This document shows, in pieces, positions 1 to 9,572 of a stretch of DNA of 24,840 bases. Position 1 is the first letter of the stretch. The number at the start of each line of letters is the position of its first letter. The notes under the pieces were generated by a model. It had not been told where the DNA came from, did no database searches, and saw only the letters and a list, made by a program, of their open reading frames with translations. The position numbers and the translations under genes are program-made. The stretch comes from Bacteroidota bacterium (GTDB taxonomy: Bacteria; Bacteroidota; Bacteroidia; Flavobacteriales; JADGDT01), in contig JBDLJM010000031.1 of the NCBI GenBank assembly GCA_039714315.1, forward strand, positions 1 to 24,840. The letters are read 5' to 3'.

Positions 1-446
1 TAAATCGCGGACATGATTTTGCTTCTTCAAAGGATGCGATAAAGCGTGCTGCAGGAAGAGGCTTCGACGTTGGTGGCCACATGTTGTTTGGACTTCCCGG
101 TGAAAGCAGAGAAGAAATGCTGAATCAGGTATTTGAAATTAATAAACTCCCCCTCAATACCATCAAATTTCATCAACTTCAGATAGTTAAGCGAACAGTG
201 ATGGCAAAGCAATACATGGAAAACCCTGAAATGTTCGATTTATTTACCAGAGACGAATACATTGATTTTGTTATCGACTTTATTGAACGATTACGCCCCG
301 ACATAACAATACAACGACTTACAAGTGAGGCACCTCCCAGTATTAAGATTGCACCTAATTGGGGGAACTTAAGAATAGGTGCTATACAGCAACTTATTGA
401 AGACAGAATGGAGGAAAGAGATACATGGCAGGGAAGGCTTTATTAA
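1..446 (+). CDS. radical SAM protein, TIGR01212/YhcC-like family, C-terminal part (5' end lies outside the window; reading frame runs from base 3)
   Basis: The reading frame is open from the window edge. The sequence 'LFGLPGESREEMLN...' followed by a conserved C-terminal region matches the layout of TIGR01212 radical-SAM proteins. It ends at TAA 444-446. Confidence 0.7.
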   Translation, partial: NRGHDFASSKDAIKRAAGRGFDVGGHMLFGLPGESREEMLNQVFEINKLPLNTIKFHQLQIVKRTVMAKQYMENPEMFDLFTRDEYIDFVIDFIERLRPDITIQRLTSEAPPSIKIAPNWGNLRIGAIQQLIEDRMEERDTWQGRLY

Positions 447-473
447 CCAACAGTTTAATTGTTGACATAACTA

Positions 474-1937
474 TCAATAATTAAACTTTCCCCGAATATC
501 TTTTTTAGATGATTTTGGTTTAGAAAAATTTAAAGTGTAGCCAACTACAAGTGCTAATCCATTGATACTTGTTTCGGAAGAATTGTCTACAGTCCCCAAA
601 AGGTAATTATCGGGATCGGGATCAGATAAATTCACCAGTTGAGAATGTGCGCTTCTGAATGAAAATCTATAACTAAGTCCAAAAATAATATTATTACTAT
701 TTGGGGTAATGTAATCGAAACCAAGTGTTACACTATACAGATTCCAATAACTAATTGTAGGAACCCAGTTCTCAGTTCTGCTTAATTTATTCGTGTCAAA
801 TACGTTTCTGTCTACTTTAATCCCACTTAATAAAACCCAGTTTTCTGTAACCTCACGTTCATAACCTATAGCGAAGTTAAAGATCCTTTTGGAAGCATAC
901 ATGACCTTATTTTTATTCGGATATATCGGTTTTTCAACATTCGATGCTACTATTGCTTCATCATCGAATCCGGTTATTGAATAAGGCGATACCTGTGAAA
1001 ACAAATTCATTCTGCCATTAACAATTCCTCCTAAAAATAAAAATTGCACACCGGCATCTAATTCCCATGGATTTTTGAACCAACTGTTGGTCCAGTCATT
1101 ATAAACATCATAATAATGTAATCTGCTTCCGGGCAGGTTTACACTTTCTTGCCTTTGAATTGATGCTCCATCAAATAATAAAGTAGGAATTCCGGTAGTG
1201 GTAACAGTAGCTCCCCAACTTACATATTCATCTTCATATGCAACTCCAATTTTAAAAATCATCCCCAGTTGATTGAATTTAACTCTCCTGTTAAATCGGG
1301 TATTAGCAACTAAATCATCATTACTGTCAAAAACATTATTCTCAATATTTGAAAAACTGGTTTCCGATCTGTAAGCAAAAAACAGAGATAATCCTGCTGA
1401 CCATTTTTCACTCATCAGAAAACCTGCACCTATTCCAAACCATGTTTCATTAATTTCATCAAAATATTCATACTTACTGTAATACTTCTCATCACCTTCA
1501 AACTGAGAGTACAAATCCAACTCTTCATAGTACGATTCTCTAAAATTTAATTTAGACTGCTGCTTATTAAAAATGGCATAAGTAAAAGTAATATCCGGAA
1601 GCCTCCTAAATTTTGCTATTCCGGAAATAAACTGTGGCACAAAGCTGAAATAAGGGTAATACATATTAACACCATCTCCACCACCGTTCTTTATATAGCT
1701 CGTATATAAAGTAGCAATATTTGCAGATAAACCGATATTAGAATGTTCCATAAATCCCAAAGCCCCGGGATTGTAATATATCGCACTATTATCACGAACC
1801 GAAGCAGTAACGGCACTACCCACAAGAGTAGATCTTGATCCAAATTCTGTAGTCCAAAGATTATCCTGCTGAGCATTTATATCCCCGACAAAACCAAGAA
1901 CAATGATAATCAATGATATATGAATTCGTTTTTTCAA
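474..1937 (-). CDS. outer-membrane beta-barrel protein, possibly a FadL/TodX-like transporter
   Basis: 487 aa. N-terminal signal peptide MKKRIHISLIIIVLGFVGDINAQ. An 'YYNPGALGF' motif resembles the NPA-type hatch motif of FadL-family proteins. The protein is rich in Tyr, Gly, Asn and Ser in beta-strand-like alternation. Confidence 0.45.
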   Translation of the reverse strand: MKKRIHISLIIIVLGFVGDINAQQDNLWTTEFGSRSTLVGSAVTASVRDNSAIYYNPGALGFMEHSNIGLSANIATLYTSYIKNGGGDGVNMYYPYFSFVPQFISGIAKFRRLPDITFTYAIFNKQQSKLNFRESYYEELDLYSQFEGDEKYYSKYEYFDEINETWFGIGAGFLMSEKWSAGLSLFFAYRSETSFSNIENNVFDSNDDLVANTRFNRRVKFNQLGMIFKIGVAYEDEYVSWGATVTTTGIPTLLFDGASIQRQESVNLPGSRLHYYDVYNDWTNSWFKNPWELDAGVQFLFLGGIVNGRMNLFSQVSPYSITGFDDEAIVASNVEKPIYPNKNKVMYASKRIFNFAIGYEREVTENWVLLSGIKVDRNVFDTNKLSRTENWVPTISYWNLYSVTLGFDYITPNSNNIIFGLSYRFSFRSAHSQLVNLSDPDPDNYLLGTVDNSSETSINGLALVVGYTLNFSKPKSSKKDIRGKFNY

Positions 1938-2010
1938 AATTACTATAATATTGAGTTCATTTCAGTTAAAACAAATTTAGCATATTTGTAGCAATATATT
2001 ATATTCGATT

Positions 2011-2604
2011 ATGGACAACCTTTATACATACATCCAACTTGGCATAGATCATATACTCAATACAAAGGGATATGATCATATTCTATTTATCATAGCATTG
2101 ACAGTACTTTATTCTCTTAAGGAATGGAAGACTCTCTTAATACTGGTAACAGCTTTTACAATCGGGCATTCCCTGACTCTTGCACTTTCGGTACTGAACA
2201 TTGTTAGTATTAACAGTAATAGAATTGAGTTTTTAATTGTTTTAAGTATTGCTGCAACAGCTATTATGAATATAATTAGGGCTGGAAAAACTCCAAGTCA
2301 TAACGGTTTAAAAGCTTATTACGTTCTTGCTCTCTTTTTTGGCTTCATACACGGAATGGGATTTGCGAACTATTTGCGCGCCATTTTAGGGAAGTCAGGC
2401 GAAATTATCACTCCACTCCTTGGATTTAATATTGGATTAGAGATAGGACAACTTATTATTGTTGCAGTATTACTGATAATAACCCTGCTACTTGATATTT
2501 TATTCAAGGTAAGAAAGCAAAATTTTATAGTTATTGCTTCTTCCATTATATTAGGAATAACCATTCCAATGCTTCTGGAGCACGAATGGAAAACATTTTT
2601 TTAA
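2011..2604 (+). CDS. HupE/UreJ family membrane protein (putative Ni/Co transporter)
   Basis: 197 aa with about 6 TM segments. The N-terminal 'GxDHILxxxGYDHILFIIALT' and a later 'HG' motif are characteristic of HupE/UreJ proteins. Confidence 0.65.
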   Translation: MDNLYTYIQLGIDHILNTKGYDHILFIIALTVLYSLKEWKTLLILVTAFTIGHSLTLALSVLNIVSINSNRIEFLIVLSIAATAIMNIIRAGKTPSHNGLKAYYVLALFFGFIHGMGFANYLRAILGKSGEIITPLLGFNIGLEIGQLIIVAVLLIITLLLDILFKVRKQNFIVIASSIILGITIPMLLEHEWKTFF

Positions 2605-2609
2605 AAAAG

Positions 2610-2650
2610 AAAATGTCGCTCTCCGTACAGAAAGCGACATTTTTTTTTAA
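2610..2650. terminator. bidirectional rho-independent terminator between convergent genes
   Basis: Stem ATGTCGCT (2613-2620) pairs with AGCGACAT (2633-2640) around a 12-nt loop, extended by flanking A/T pairs. An A-run lies on the left and a 9-T run on the right (2641-2649). Confidence 0.75.
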
Positions 2651-2662
2651 TAATTCCTAATA

Positions 2663-4222
2663 TTAAAGATCAAACTTAATACCCTGTGCTAAAGGAGTAT
2701 CAAGTCCATAATTAATAGTATTTGTCTGACGTCTCATATAAAGCTTCCAGGCATCTGACCCGGATTCTCTTCCTCCTCCGGTTTCTTTTTCACCACCAAA
2801 AGCTCCACCAATTTCAGCACCTGAAGTTCCTACATTTACATTGGCAATTCCACAATCTGACCCTTGCTGAGACAAGAATAATTCCGCTTCGCGCAAGTTT
2901 GTAGTCATTATTGCTGAAGAAAGGCCCTGAACAACTCCATTCTGTAATTCAATTGCTTCTGTTAAAGTTTTATACTTCATAATATAAAGTAGAGGAGCAA
3001 AAGTTTCATTCTGAACAATATCATAGTGGTTTTCAACTTCTGCAATCGAAGGAGCAACATAACAACCCGACTCCATTCCTTCTCCGGAAAGCTTTTTACC
3101 TTCCACAAGCATTTTACCTCCTTCGCTCTTTGCCTGCTCTACCGCGTTTAAGTATGTATCTACAGCTAAAGTATCAATTAATGGTCCCATGTGATTATTT
3201 TCATCCAAAGGATCACCAATTCTAATATTTGAATAAATGCTCTTTAATTTTTCAGTAACCTTTTCAAATATACTCTCGTGAATAATTAATCGTCTTGTTG
3301 AAGTACATCTCTGCCCCGCAGTTCCGATTGCACCAAAAACTGCAGTTTTTAATGACAATTCAAGATCTGCATCAGGAGTTATAATTATTGCATTATTCCC
3401 TCCAAGCTCAAGAAGTGATTTTCCAAACCTTGCGGCTACTGCCTGACCTACAATACGTCCCATTCTAATTGATCCAGTTGCCGAAATAAGAGGAATTCTT
3501 TTATCGGACGTCATCAACTCGCCGATCTTATAATCACCGGTAACCAAGTTTGTTACTGCACTTGGATAATTATTTTCTTCCAGAACCTCAGCCAGAATTT
3601 TTTGAGATGCAACTCCACATAAAGGTGCTTTTTCTGATGGCTTCCAAATTATAGTATCACCTGCAACAAGTGCAATTGCTGCATTCCATGCCCAAACAGC
3701 CGTTGGAAAATTGAATGCAGAAATAATACCAACTACTCCTAGTGGGTGATATTGATCGTACATTCTGTGCTCAGGACGTTCAGAGTGCATAGTTGAACCA
3801 TACAATTGACGTGATAATCCAACAGCAAAATCACATATATCGATCATTTCCTGTACTTCGCCTAATCCTTCCTGGTACGATTTCCCCATTTCATATGAAA
3901 CTAACATCCCCAGATCGTCTTTAACTTCGCGAAGTTTTAAACCTAACTGCCTGATTACTTCCCCTCTTTTTGGCGTTGGAACTTTTTTCCAAACATTAAA
4001 AGCTTCATTGGCAGAACTAACTACTTGCTCAAACTCTTCTTCAGTAGTTACCGATACATCTGCTATTACCTGATCATCTACTGGTGATTTTGACGTGATA
4101 AACTCTGCATTCACGTCAGCAATAAAATTAGTTCCTATAGCAGTTCCCTTGTTAAGGTCGCTTACTCCCAGCCTTAAAAGTGCCTCTCCTATCCTGTTAT
4201 TCTTAACAGCTACATCTGTCAT
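2663..4222 (-). CDS. aldehyde dehydrogenase, ALDH7 (antiquitin / alpha-aminoadipic/piperideine-6-carboxylate semialdehyde dehydrogenase)-like
   Basis: 519 aa. Glycine motif 'ELGGNNAIII' and catalytic Cys context 'GTAGQRCTSTRRL' closely match ALDH7-family signatures. Ends with 'GIKFDL'. Confidence 0.8.
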   Translation of the reverse strand: MTDVAVKNNRIGEALLRLGVSDLNKGTAIGTNFIADVNAEFITSKSPVDDQVIADVSVTTEEEFEQVVSSANEAFNVWKKVPTPKRGEVIRQLGLKLREVKDDLGMLVSYEMGKSYQEGLGEVQEMIDICDFAVGLSRQLYGSTMHSERPEHRMYDQYHPLGVVGIISAFNFPTAVWAWNAAIALVAGDTIIWKPSEKAPLCGVASQKILAEVLEENNYPSAVTNLVTGDYKIGELMTSDKRIPLISATGSIRMGRIVGQAVAARFGKSLLELGGNNAIIITPDADLELSLKTAVFGAIGTAGQRCTSTRRLIIHESIFEKVTEKLKSIYSNIRIGDPLDENNHMGPLIDTLAVDTYLNAVEQAKSEGGKMLVEGKKLSGEGMESGCYVAPSIAEVENHYDIVQNETFAPLLYIMKYKTLTEAIELQNGVVQGLSSAIMTTNLREAELFLSQQGSDCGIANVNVGTSGAEIGGAFGGEKETGGGRESGSDAWKLYMRRQTNTINYGLDTPLAQGIKFDL

Positions 4223-4270
4223 CTTTAAAGTTATTATGTGTTTATAATTTTAGTTTTGTGCCAGCTAATA

Positions 4271-4298
4271 TAAAAAAAAAGAGCCCAAAAAGGGCTCT
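4271..4298 (-). terminator. rho-independent terminator for the minus-strand gene at 4325-5434
   Basis: Stem AGAGCCC (4280-4286) pairs with GGGCTCT (4292-4298) around the loop AAAAA. The preceding 9-A run reads as a T-run on the minus strand. Confidence 0.7.
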
Positions 4299-4324
4299 AA
4301 ATATTTTATATGTGTTACAAATCT

Positions 4325-5434
4325 TTATCGTACTAATCTTGGATTTCCTTTTATAACCAATTTCCCTCCGAGAATAATATCTTCCGAAATACTACTGGCA
4401 TCTTTTAAATCGGTATTGCGATATATTACCACATCTCTTTTTACCTTACTTAATTTTTCCAGACCTTTTAAATCACTTAAACTTTTATTAAACGAAATAA
4501 TAAGATGATTTATCGACTCAAGGTTTGACAAACCATTTACTGATTCTAACTTATCATTTCGCTTTATTATCATCTTCCCGTCAATTTCCTTCAATACTTT
4601 AAGTCCATCAAGATTGGTTATGTTTGACCTATCAATAATAATATCTCCCACGAAGCTATCCTTTGGATAACATTTACCAAAAGCATCTATTTCTTCCTGA
4701 CGGTAAAACCTTAAATCCCCTGTACCCATAAACACTAATTTCATGTTCTCAGGGTCGGAAGTATAAACAGAATTGTTACTTATTTCAGGATTTGAGGACA
4801 TATTATACAAAGTATATAAGCCAACTGCTTCATGAAGGTTTACATTGTTCTTAACGGTTAACTCCCCTTCAAAATGAGAAATATTGGCAAATGGTCTAAA
4901 ATATTCTAATTCCTTATTCCCTACTATCCTAATATATCCTGTTATCTCTTTTAATGACGAAAAAGCATTAAGGTCGTTCAATACATCGTTGTTTTCTATA
5001 GTTAAATTACGAATAGACTCTACATTCTCAAATCCATCTACATATCTTAACAATTTATTATTTCTTACAACTACATCTTTTAACTCTCCATTAAAAACAC
5101 CACCGGGAATGGTTGTCAGGTTTTTGTTCCCCACTATATAGACATCTCCATTAACCAGAATACTGTCAAGTCCGACAAGGGTTTCTAATTCAGAATTATT
5201 AATAATATAAACATTACCTTTTATCTGGGAAATAGACTCTAACAGACTCAGGTCTGTAATCTGGTCAACCCCCTCAGATGCAATGATCAGATTTCCAATT
5301 GACTCCCTTAACCTGAGATGATCAACCTCTGTCTGAGTATTTAGGGTAACATTGACCACTGAATCATCTTGCGGGTAGCCCGCTAAGAGGATATTGGAAA
5401 AAAATATTGTCAGTATGTAAACCAGCTTCTTCAC
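4325..5434 (-). CDS. secreted protein with leucine-rich-repeat / receptor-L-domain-like repeats
   Basis: 369 aa. Signal peptide MKKLVYILTIFFSNILLAG. Repeats of about 22-25 aa follow the pattern L..L..I.G.L.I.NN.L..L.GL. A TAnnTTTG-like -7 box (reverse complement of CCAAATATA at 5459-5467) lies about 25 bp upstream. Confidence 0.45.
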   Translation of the reverse strand: MKKLVYILTIFFSNILLAGYPQDDSVVNVTLNTQTEVDHLRLRESIGNLIIASEGVDQITDLSLLESISQIKGNVYIINNSELETLVGLDSILVNGDVYIVGNKNLTTIPGGVFNGELKDVVVRNNKLLRYVDGFENVESIRNLTIENNDVLNDLNAFSSLKEITGYIRIVGNKELEYFRPFANISHFEGELTVKNNVNLHEAVGLYTLYNMSSNPEISNNSVYTSDPENMKLVFMGTGDLRFYRQEEIDAFGKCYPKDSFVGDIIIDRSNITNLDGLKVLKEIDGKMIIKRNDKLESVNGLSNLESINHLIISFNKSLSDLKGLEKLSKVKRDVVIYRNTDLKDASSISEDIILGGKLVIKGNPRLVR

Positions 5435-6420
5435 TTATACTTCTAATTACTAATTATTTGCCAAATATACATTATTATTTGTAAGTTTTACCTTCCTTTG
5501 CGGCGAAGTGAATTTATTACAGGCAAACTACATATCTTCATGCGAAAAAACAAAGAAAAAGCAACGACAATTTGGTTGATATTGTGTTGCTTAGATATAG
5601 TCGTTTTTAATGCCCAATTTTGATTTCCAGATACAGTAAATTCAAATTATTAAATACAATATCTCACAAATACATATACCCTGCCAAAACAAAGATAATG
5701 AATGTTTTGTAAGAATTCACTTTCATGCTGTACGAATATAATTATTTAACAAAACTTTAACATTTTCAATTCAAATATTCACCCAAAAATAATCTAAAAC
5801 TACTCCACTAAGTTCTTAAAAAATGTAATAAACTAAAACACATAAAGTAACGCATAAAATCAAATTACCGGGAAGGGAGTAAAACATAGTACAATTTGCC
5901 AATAACTATGAAAGTAAGACAGGAAAGTATCGCACAGAAAGGTGCCTTGTATAATTTATATTCTCCAAAAAAAAGACTTGATCCGATTGTAGTTCTTCCG
6001 GATACGCTTTTTAACATATTTAAGAAAATAAAAAAGCACTTCCCCTGAAAAGTAAAGTGCCCTATATTATTGATTTAATAGTCTCCTTAGTTTTTTGAAA
6101 GTTGACTAATCTCTACAATTTCTTTTAAAAAAAGCACTGTTATTACGGCTAATATTATAGTTAATACAGTAATCATCACAATTAAATTATTAGGTTTATA
6201 TACACAAATTAAATAAATAATATTGATTCAACAAAACATTAACATAAAACCTCCTAAAATAACACTATTCCACTCACTCTGCATCACACTGATCTACACC
6301 ACAATAACGCCACGTAAAAATTTCTTAAAACTAATTTATAATAAAATTCAAATCCTAAATCATATTTATATCGTAAGATAGTATTACTTTTGCTTAAATT
6401 TAGTCTAAATTAATGATAAT

Positions 6421-6660
6421 ATGTCGCGGTCGGTTGCAGATTTAGATCTAGGTGAAACTGGATTAATTAGTGGGTTTGACTCAGAAACAGACATTCTCAA
6501 ACTTCTTGAGATGGGTTGTTTACCCGGGTGTGAAATCAAATTGAAATTCATGGCCCCATTTAAAGGTCCAATGTATATTAGTGTGGCAGGAAACGAAATG
6601 GCCATAAGAAGAAGTATAGCTAAAAACATATTACTTCTTCCTAAAGAAGATGCAAAATAA
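6421..6660 (+). CDS. feoA: FeoA family ferrous-iron transport protein
   Basis: 79 aa of SH3-like FeoA pattern: 'GETGLISGFDSETDILKLLEMGCLPGCEIK' ... 'GPMYISVAGNEMAIRRSIAKNILL'. It lies immediately upstream of feoB. Confidence 0.8.
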   Translation: MSRSVADLDLGETGLISGFDSETDILKLLEMGCLPGCEIKLKFMAPFKGPMYISVAGNEMAIRRSIAKNILLLPKEDAK

Positions 6661-6747
6661 TGAAATATCCATATCTGCAATTTACCCCCAATAAGAAGTT
6701 AACAATAATGACTGTGTCAGCTGTTCAAACTATCAAATTACTACCAG

Positions 6748-8856
6748 ATGAATAGGGAGAATTTTAAAATTGCTCTGGCAGGTAATCCGAACACGGGAAA
6801 AACATCCCTGTTTAATGCACTTACCGGCATGAATCAAAGGGTAGGAAACTATCCCGGCATTACTGTTGAAAAAAAAATAGGGTACTTCAAAATTGATAAA
6901 AACACCAAAGCAGAGTTGATTGACCTTCCTGGTACATACTCACTTAATCCAAGTTCCTTGGACGAAGAGGTTGTTCTAAAAGTATTAACAGACAGTAAAA
7001 AAGAAGATTACCCTGATGCGCTTGTCTTTGTAGCTGATGCAACAAATCTAAAAAGGAACCTATACTTCTTTTCTCAATTAAACGACTTGGGAATACCTAC
7101 GGTTTTAGCTCTAAACATGGTTGATTTAGTAGAGAGAAAAGGTATAAAAATTGATATAGACAAACTTTCGGAAGAACTCAACTCTCCTGTAATATTTTTA
7201 AATGCCAGAAAAGGCATTGGCATAGATGATCTAAAAGAAAAACTAAGCAAACTAAAACATGTAGAAAAATCCAATGCTGTTGACTTATATAAAATTTCAC
7301 CGAAGTTTATACCTCAGATCAAAGAAGCTCTTTCAGAAGACAACGACTATATTGCCTGGGTAAAAGCAGTTCAGAAAACAATACCCCAATTCTTACTTGA
7401 GGAAGAAAAAGAAGCTATTAAACTGTGCATTTCGAAATACAACATCAACGTAGAGAGACTTAAAATAAAAGAAACTATCAGCAGATATCAGTACGTAAGT
7501 AACATTCTGAAAAAGGTAGTAACGGAAAACAAAAAAGACGACATAACCTTAACAGGTAAAATCGACAAAATACTTACACATAAATTTCTTGGCTACATCA
7601 TTTTCTTTTCCATTATGATGTTTCTTTTTCAGGCAATATACTCTTGGGCATCGATACCTATGGATTTTATTGATTCATCGTTTTCTAGTCTTGCGAGTTA
7701 CCTGAATAAAAATTTACCATCGGGACCTATTAGTGCATTAATATCCGAAGGGGTTGTGCCGGGTATTGGTGGTATAGCTATTTTCATTCCTCAAATTGCT
7801 ATCCTTTTTGCTTTTATAAGTATTATGGAAGATACAGGATACATGTCGAGAGTAGTTTTTATTATGGATAAACTAATGAGGAAGTTTGGCATGAGCGGAA
7901 AAAGCATAGTCCCCCTTATGTCGGGGATGGCATGTGCTGTTCCGGCAATAATGTCAACAAGAACCATAAATAACTGGAAAGAAAGATTAATTACAATATT
8001 TATTACACCTTTTATTACCTGCGCAGCAAGACTCCCGGTTTACTCAATTATTATAGCTCTTATTATTCCAAATGAAACTGTACTTGGCTTCTTTAATATT
8101 CAGGGGCTGGTACTGATGGCGATGTATTTAATAGGTTTTGCATCAGCACTGGTGTCTGCTTACATAGCCAACAAAATAGTCAAAATAAAAGGCCGCAGCT
8201 CATTTATAATTGAGATGCCATCATACAAGATGCCGTACTATAAGAATGTAGGATTGGATATAATAGAGAAGACCAAAGCTTTTATATTCGATGCCGGTAA
8301 AATTATTTTAACAATATCAGTAATATTATGGGTTTTGGCATCTTATGGACCGAATGACAAGATTAAAAATGCTGAAAACATCGTAAAACTGGAACATCCA
8401 AATCTAGAAGGAACAAGTCTTGATAAAAAAATCACTTCTTTCAAACTAGAGAACTCTTATATAGGTTATTTTGGTCATTTTATTGAGCCGGCAATAAAGC
8501 CGTTGGGGTACGATTGGAAAATTGGTATCGCACTAATATCATCACTTGCTGCCAGAGAAGTATTTGTTGGCACTATGGCAACAATATATTCAGTTGGAAG
8601 CTCTAATGATGGTGATGGCGTTACGGTAATGAAAAGAATGCAGAGCGAAATAAACCCTGAAACAGGAAAGGAAATGTACAGCTATGCAGTTGGATGGTCC
8701 TTACTTATATTCTATGCCTTTGCTATGCAATGTATGAGTACAATTGCCATAGTTAAACGCGAAACCAACTCCTGGAAATGGCCAATAATTCAAACTGTGT
8801 ATATGACAGGACTTGCATATATATTATCTTTTATTGTTTATCAGCTATTAAAGTAA
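6748..8856 (+). CDS. feoB: ferrous iron transporter FeoB
   Basis: 702 aa. N-terminal G-domain 'IALAGNPNTGKTSLFNALTG' (G1), 'DLPGTYSL' (G3) and 'NMVD' (G4), followed by a polytopic membrane domain with gate motifs. Confidence 0.93.
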   Translation: MNRENFKIALAGNPNTGKTSLFNALTGMNQRVGNYPGITVEKKIGYFKIDKNTKAELIDLPGTYSLNPSSLDEEVVLKVLTDSKKEDYPDALVFVADATNLKRNLYFFSQLNDLGIPTVLALNMVDLVERKGIKIDIDKLSEELNSPVIFLNARKGIGIDDLKEKLSKLKHVEKSNAVDLYKISPKFIPQIKEALSEDNDYIAWVKAVQKTIPQFLLEEEKEAIKLCISKYNINVERLKIKETISRYQYVSNILKKVVTENKKDDITLTGKIDKILTHKFLGYIIFFSIMMFLFQAIYSWASIPMDFIDSSFSSLASYLNKNLPSGPISALISEGVVPGIGGIAIFIPQIAILFAFISIMEDTGYMSRVVFIMDKLMRKFGMSGKSIVPLMSGMACAVPAIMSTRTINNWKERLITIFITPFITCAARLPVYSIIIALIIPNETVLGFFNIQGLVLMAMYLIGFASALVSAYIANKIVKIKGRSSFIIEMPSYKMPYYKNVGLDIIEKTKAFIFDAGKIILTISVILWVLASYGPNDKIKNAENIVKLEHPNLEGTSLDKKITSFKLENSYIGYFGHFIEPAIKPLGYDWKIGIALISSLAAREVFVGTMATIYSVGSSNDGDGVTVMKRMQSEINPETGKEMYSYAVGWSLLIFYAFAMQCMSTIAIVKRETNSWKWPIIQTVYMTGLAYILSFIVYQLLK

Positions 8857-8860
8857 TATA

Positions 8861-9040
8861 ATGAGTATAGATATTCAAAATATAGTCATATTTGTTATTT
8901 TCATCTGTGCAGTATGGAAGCTAATCAGACACTTCTATACTACATTTGATGATGAAAAATGCCCAAGCTCGTGTGGATCATGTCCAAAACCAACAGATAT
9001 AAATCAGTTTAAAATTACCTTTAAGGATATAGACGAGTAA
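8861..9040 (+). CDS. FeoB-associated Cys-rich small membrane protein (59 aa; not in the supplied ORF track)
   Basis: My translation is MSIDIQNIVIFVIFICAVWKLIRHFYTTFDDEKCPSSCGSCPKPTDINQFKITFKDIDE. It has one TM helix and then a CxxxCxxC cluster, and starts 5 nt after the feoB stop. The architecture is that of FeoB-associated Cys-rich mini-proteins in Bacteroidota. Confidence 0.6.
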   Translation: MSIDIQNIVIFVIFICAVWKLIRHFYTTFDDEKCPSSCGSCPKPTDINQFKITFKDIDE

Positions 9041-9282
9041 ATCTATTCTACTCATATATAATGCTAGCATAACACATTGAAAAATAATATATTGAATATG
9101 TGAAATATATGCTTCAGGACGGAAATCACTTTTTTTTGGCCTTCTTTTAGTAAAATTTACAAAAAAAAATAATCCCCAATATGCCTTTCACTAAGCTAAA
9201 CACAATGGCATCAATGGGTTTAGGGTCATTTTTCAAAATAAAGAAAAGGCATTGTTTTATTCTAAAGTTTTTTACTTTTGCA

Positions 9283-9290
9283 GCATAATT
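9283..9290 (+). promoter_or_regulatory. Bacteroidota-type -7 promoter box (TAnnTTTG) upstream of acpP
   Basis: TACTTTTG lies 18 bp upstream of the proposed acpP ATG (9308). It matches the Bacteroidetes sigma-A -7 consensus TAnnTTTG. Confidence 0.4.
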
Positions 9291-9307
9291 TTAAAAACTA
9301 TTATATC

Positions 9308-9541
9308 ATGTCTGACATTGCATCAAGAGTAAAAGCAATAATTGTTGACAAATTAGGTGTTGATGAAAATGAAGTAACACCTGAAGCAAGCTTCACAAAT
9401 GATTTAGGAGCAGATTCACTTGACACTGTGGAATTAATTATGGAATTCGAAAAAGAATTCGATATTCAGATCCCGGATGATCAAGCGGAAAATATAGCTA
9501 CAGTAGGTCAAGCTATTTCTTATATCGAAGAAGCGAAGTAA
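9308..9541 (+). CDS. acpP: acyl carrier protein
   Basis: '[16 protein letters not shown]' contains the phosphopantetheine-attachment DSL motif. I place the start at MSDIASR (9308), not the upstream in-frame ATG at 9278: an ACP is about 78 aa, and the 9278 start would overlap the promoter box. Confidence 0.9.
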   Translation: MSDIASRVKAIIVDKLGVDENEVTPEASFTNDLGADSLDTVELIMEFEKEFDIQIPDDQAENIATVGQAISYIEEAK

Positions 9542-9572
9542 TTCGACAAACCAAAACTTAACCGGTAATTTT

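Noticed and set aside
27-212. 61-aa minus-strand ORF at the window start
   Set aside because: It lies entirely antisense within the clearly conserved radical-SAM reading frame and has no motif support.
5540-5623. 27-codon ORF in the long intergenic region as a standalone gene call
   Set aside because: It is too short and unsupported to list as a feature. It is mentioned only within the intergenic-region finding.
9278-9307. Upstream in-frame ATG extending acpP by 10 codons ([10 protein letters not shown])
   Set aside because: An ACP is about 78 aa beginning MSD.... The extension would overlap the TACTTTTG -7 box at 9283-9290.
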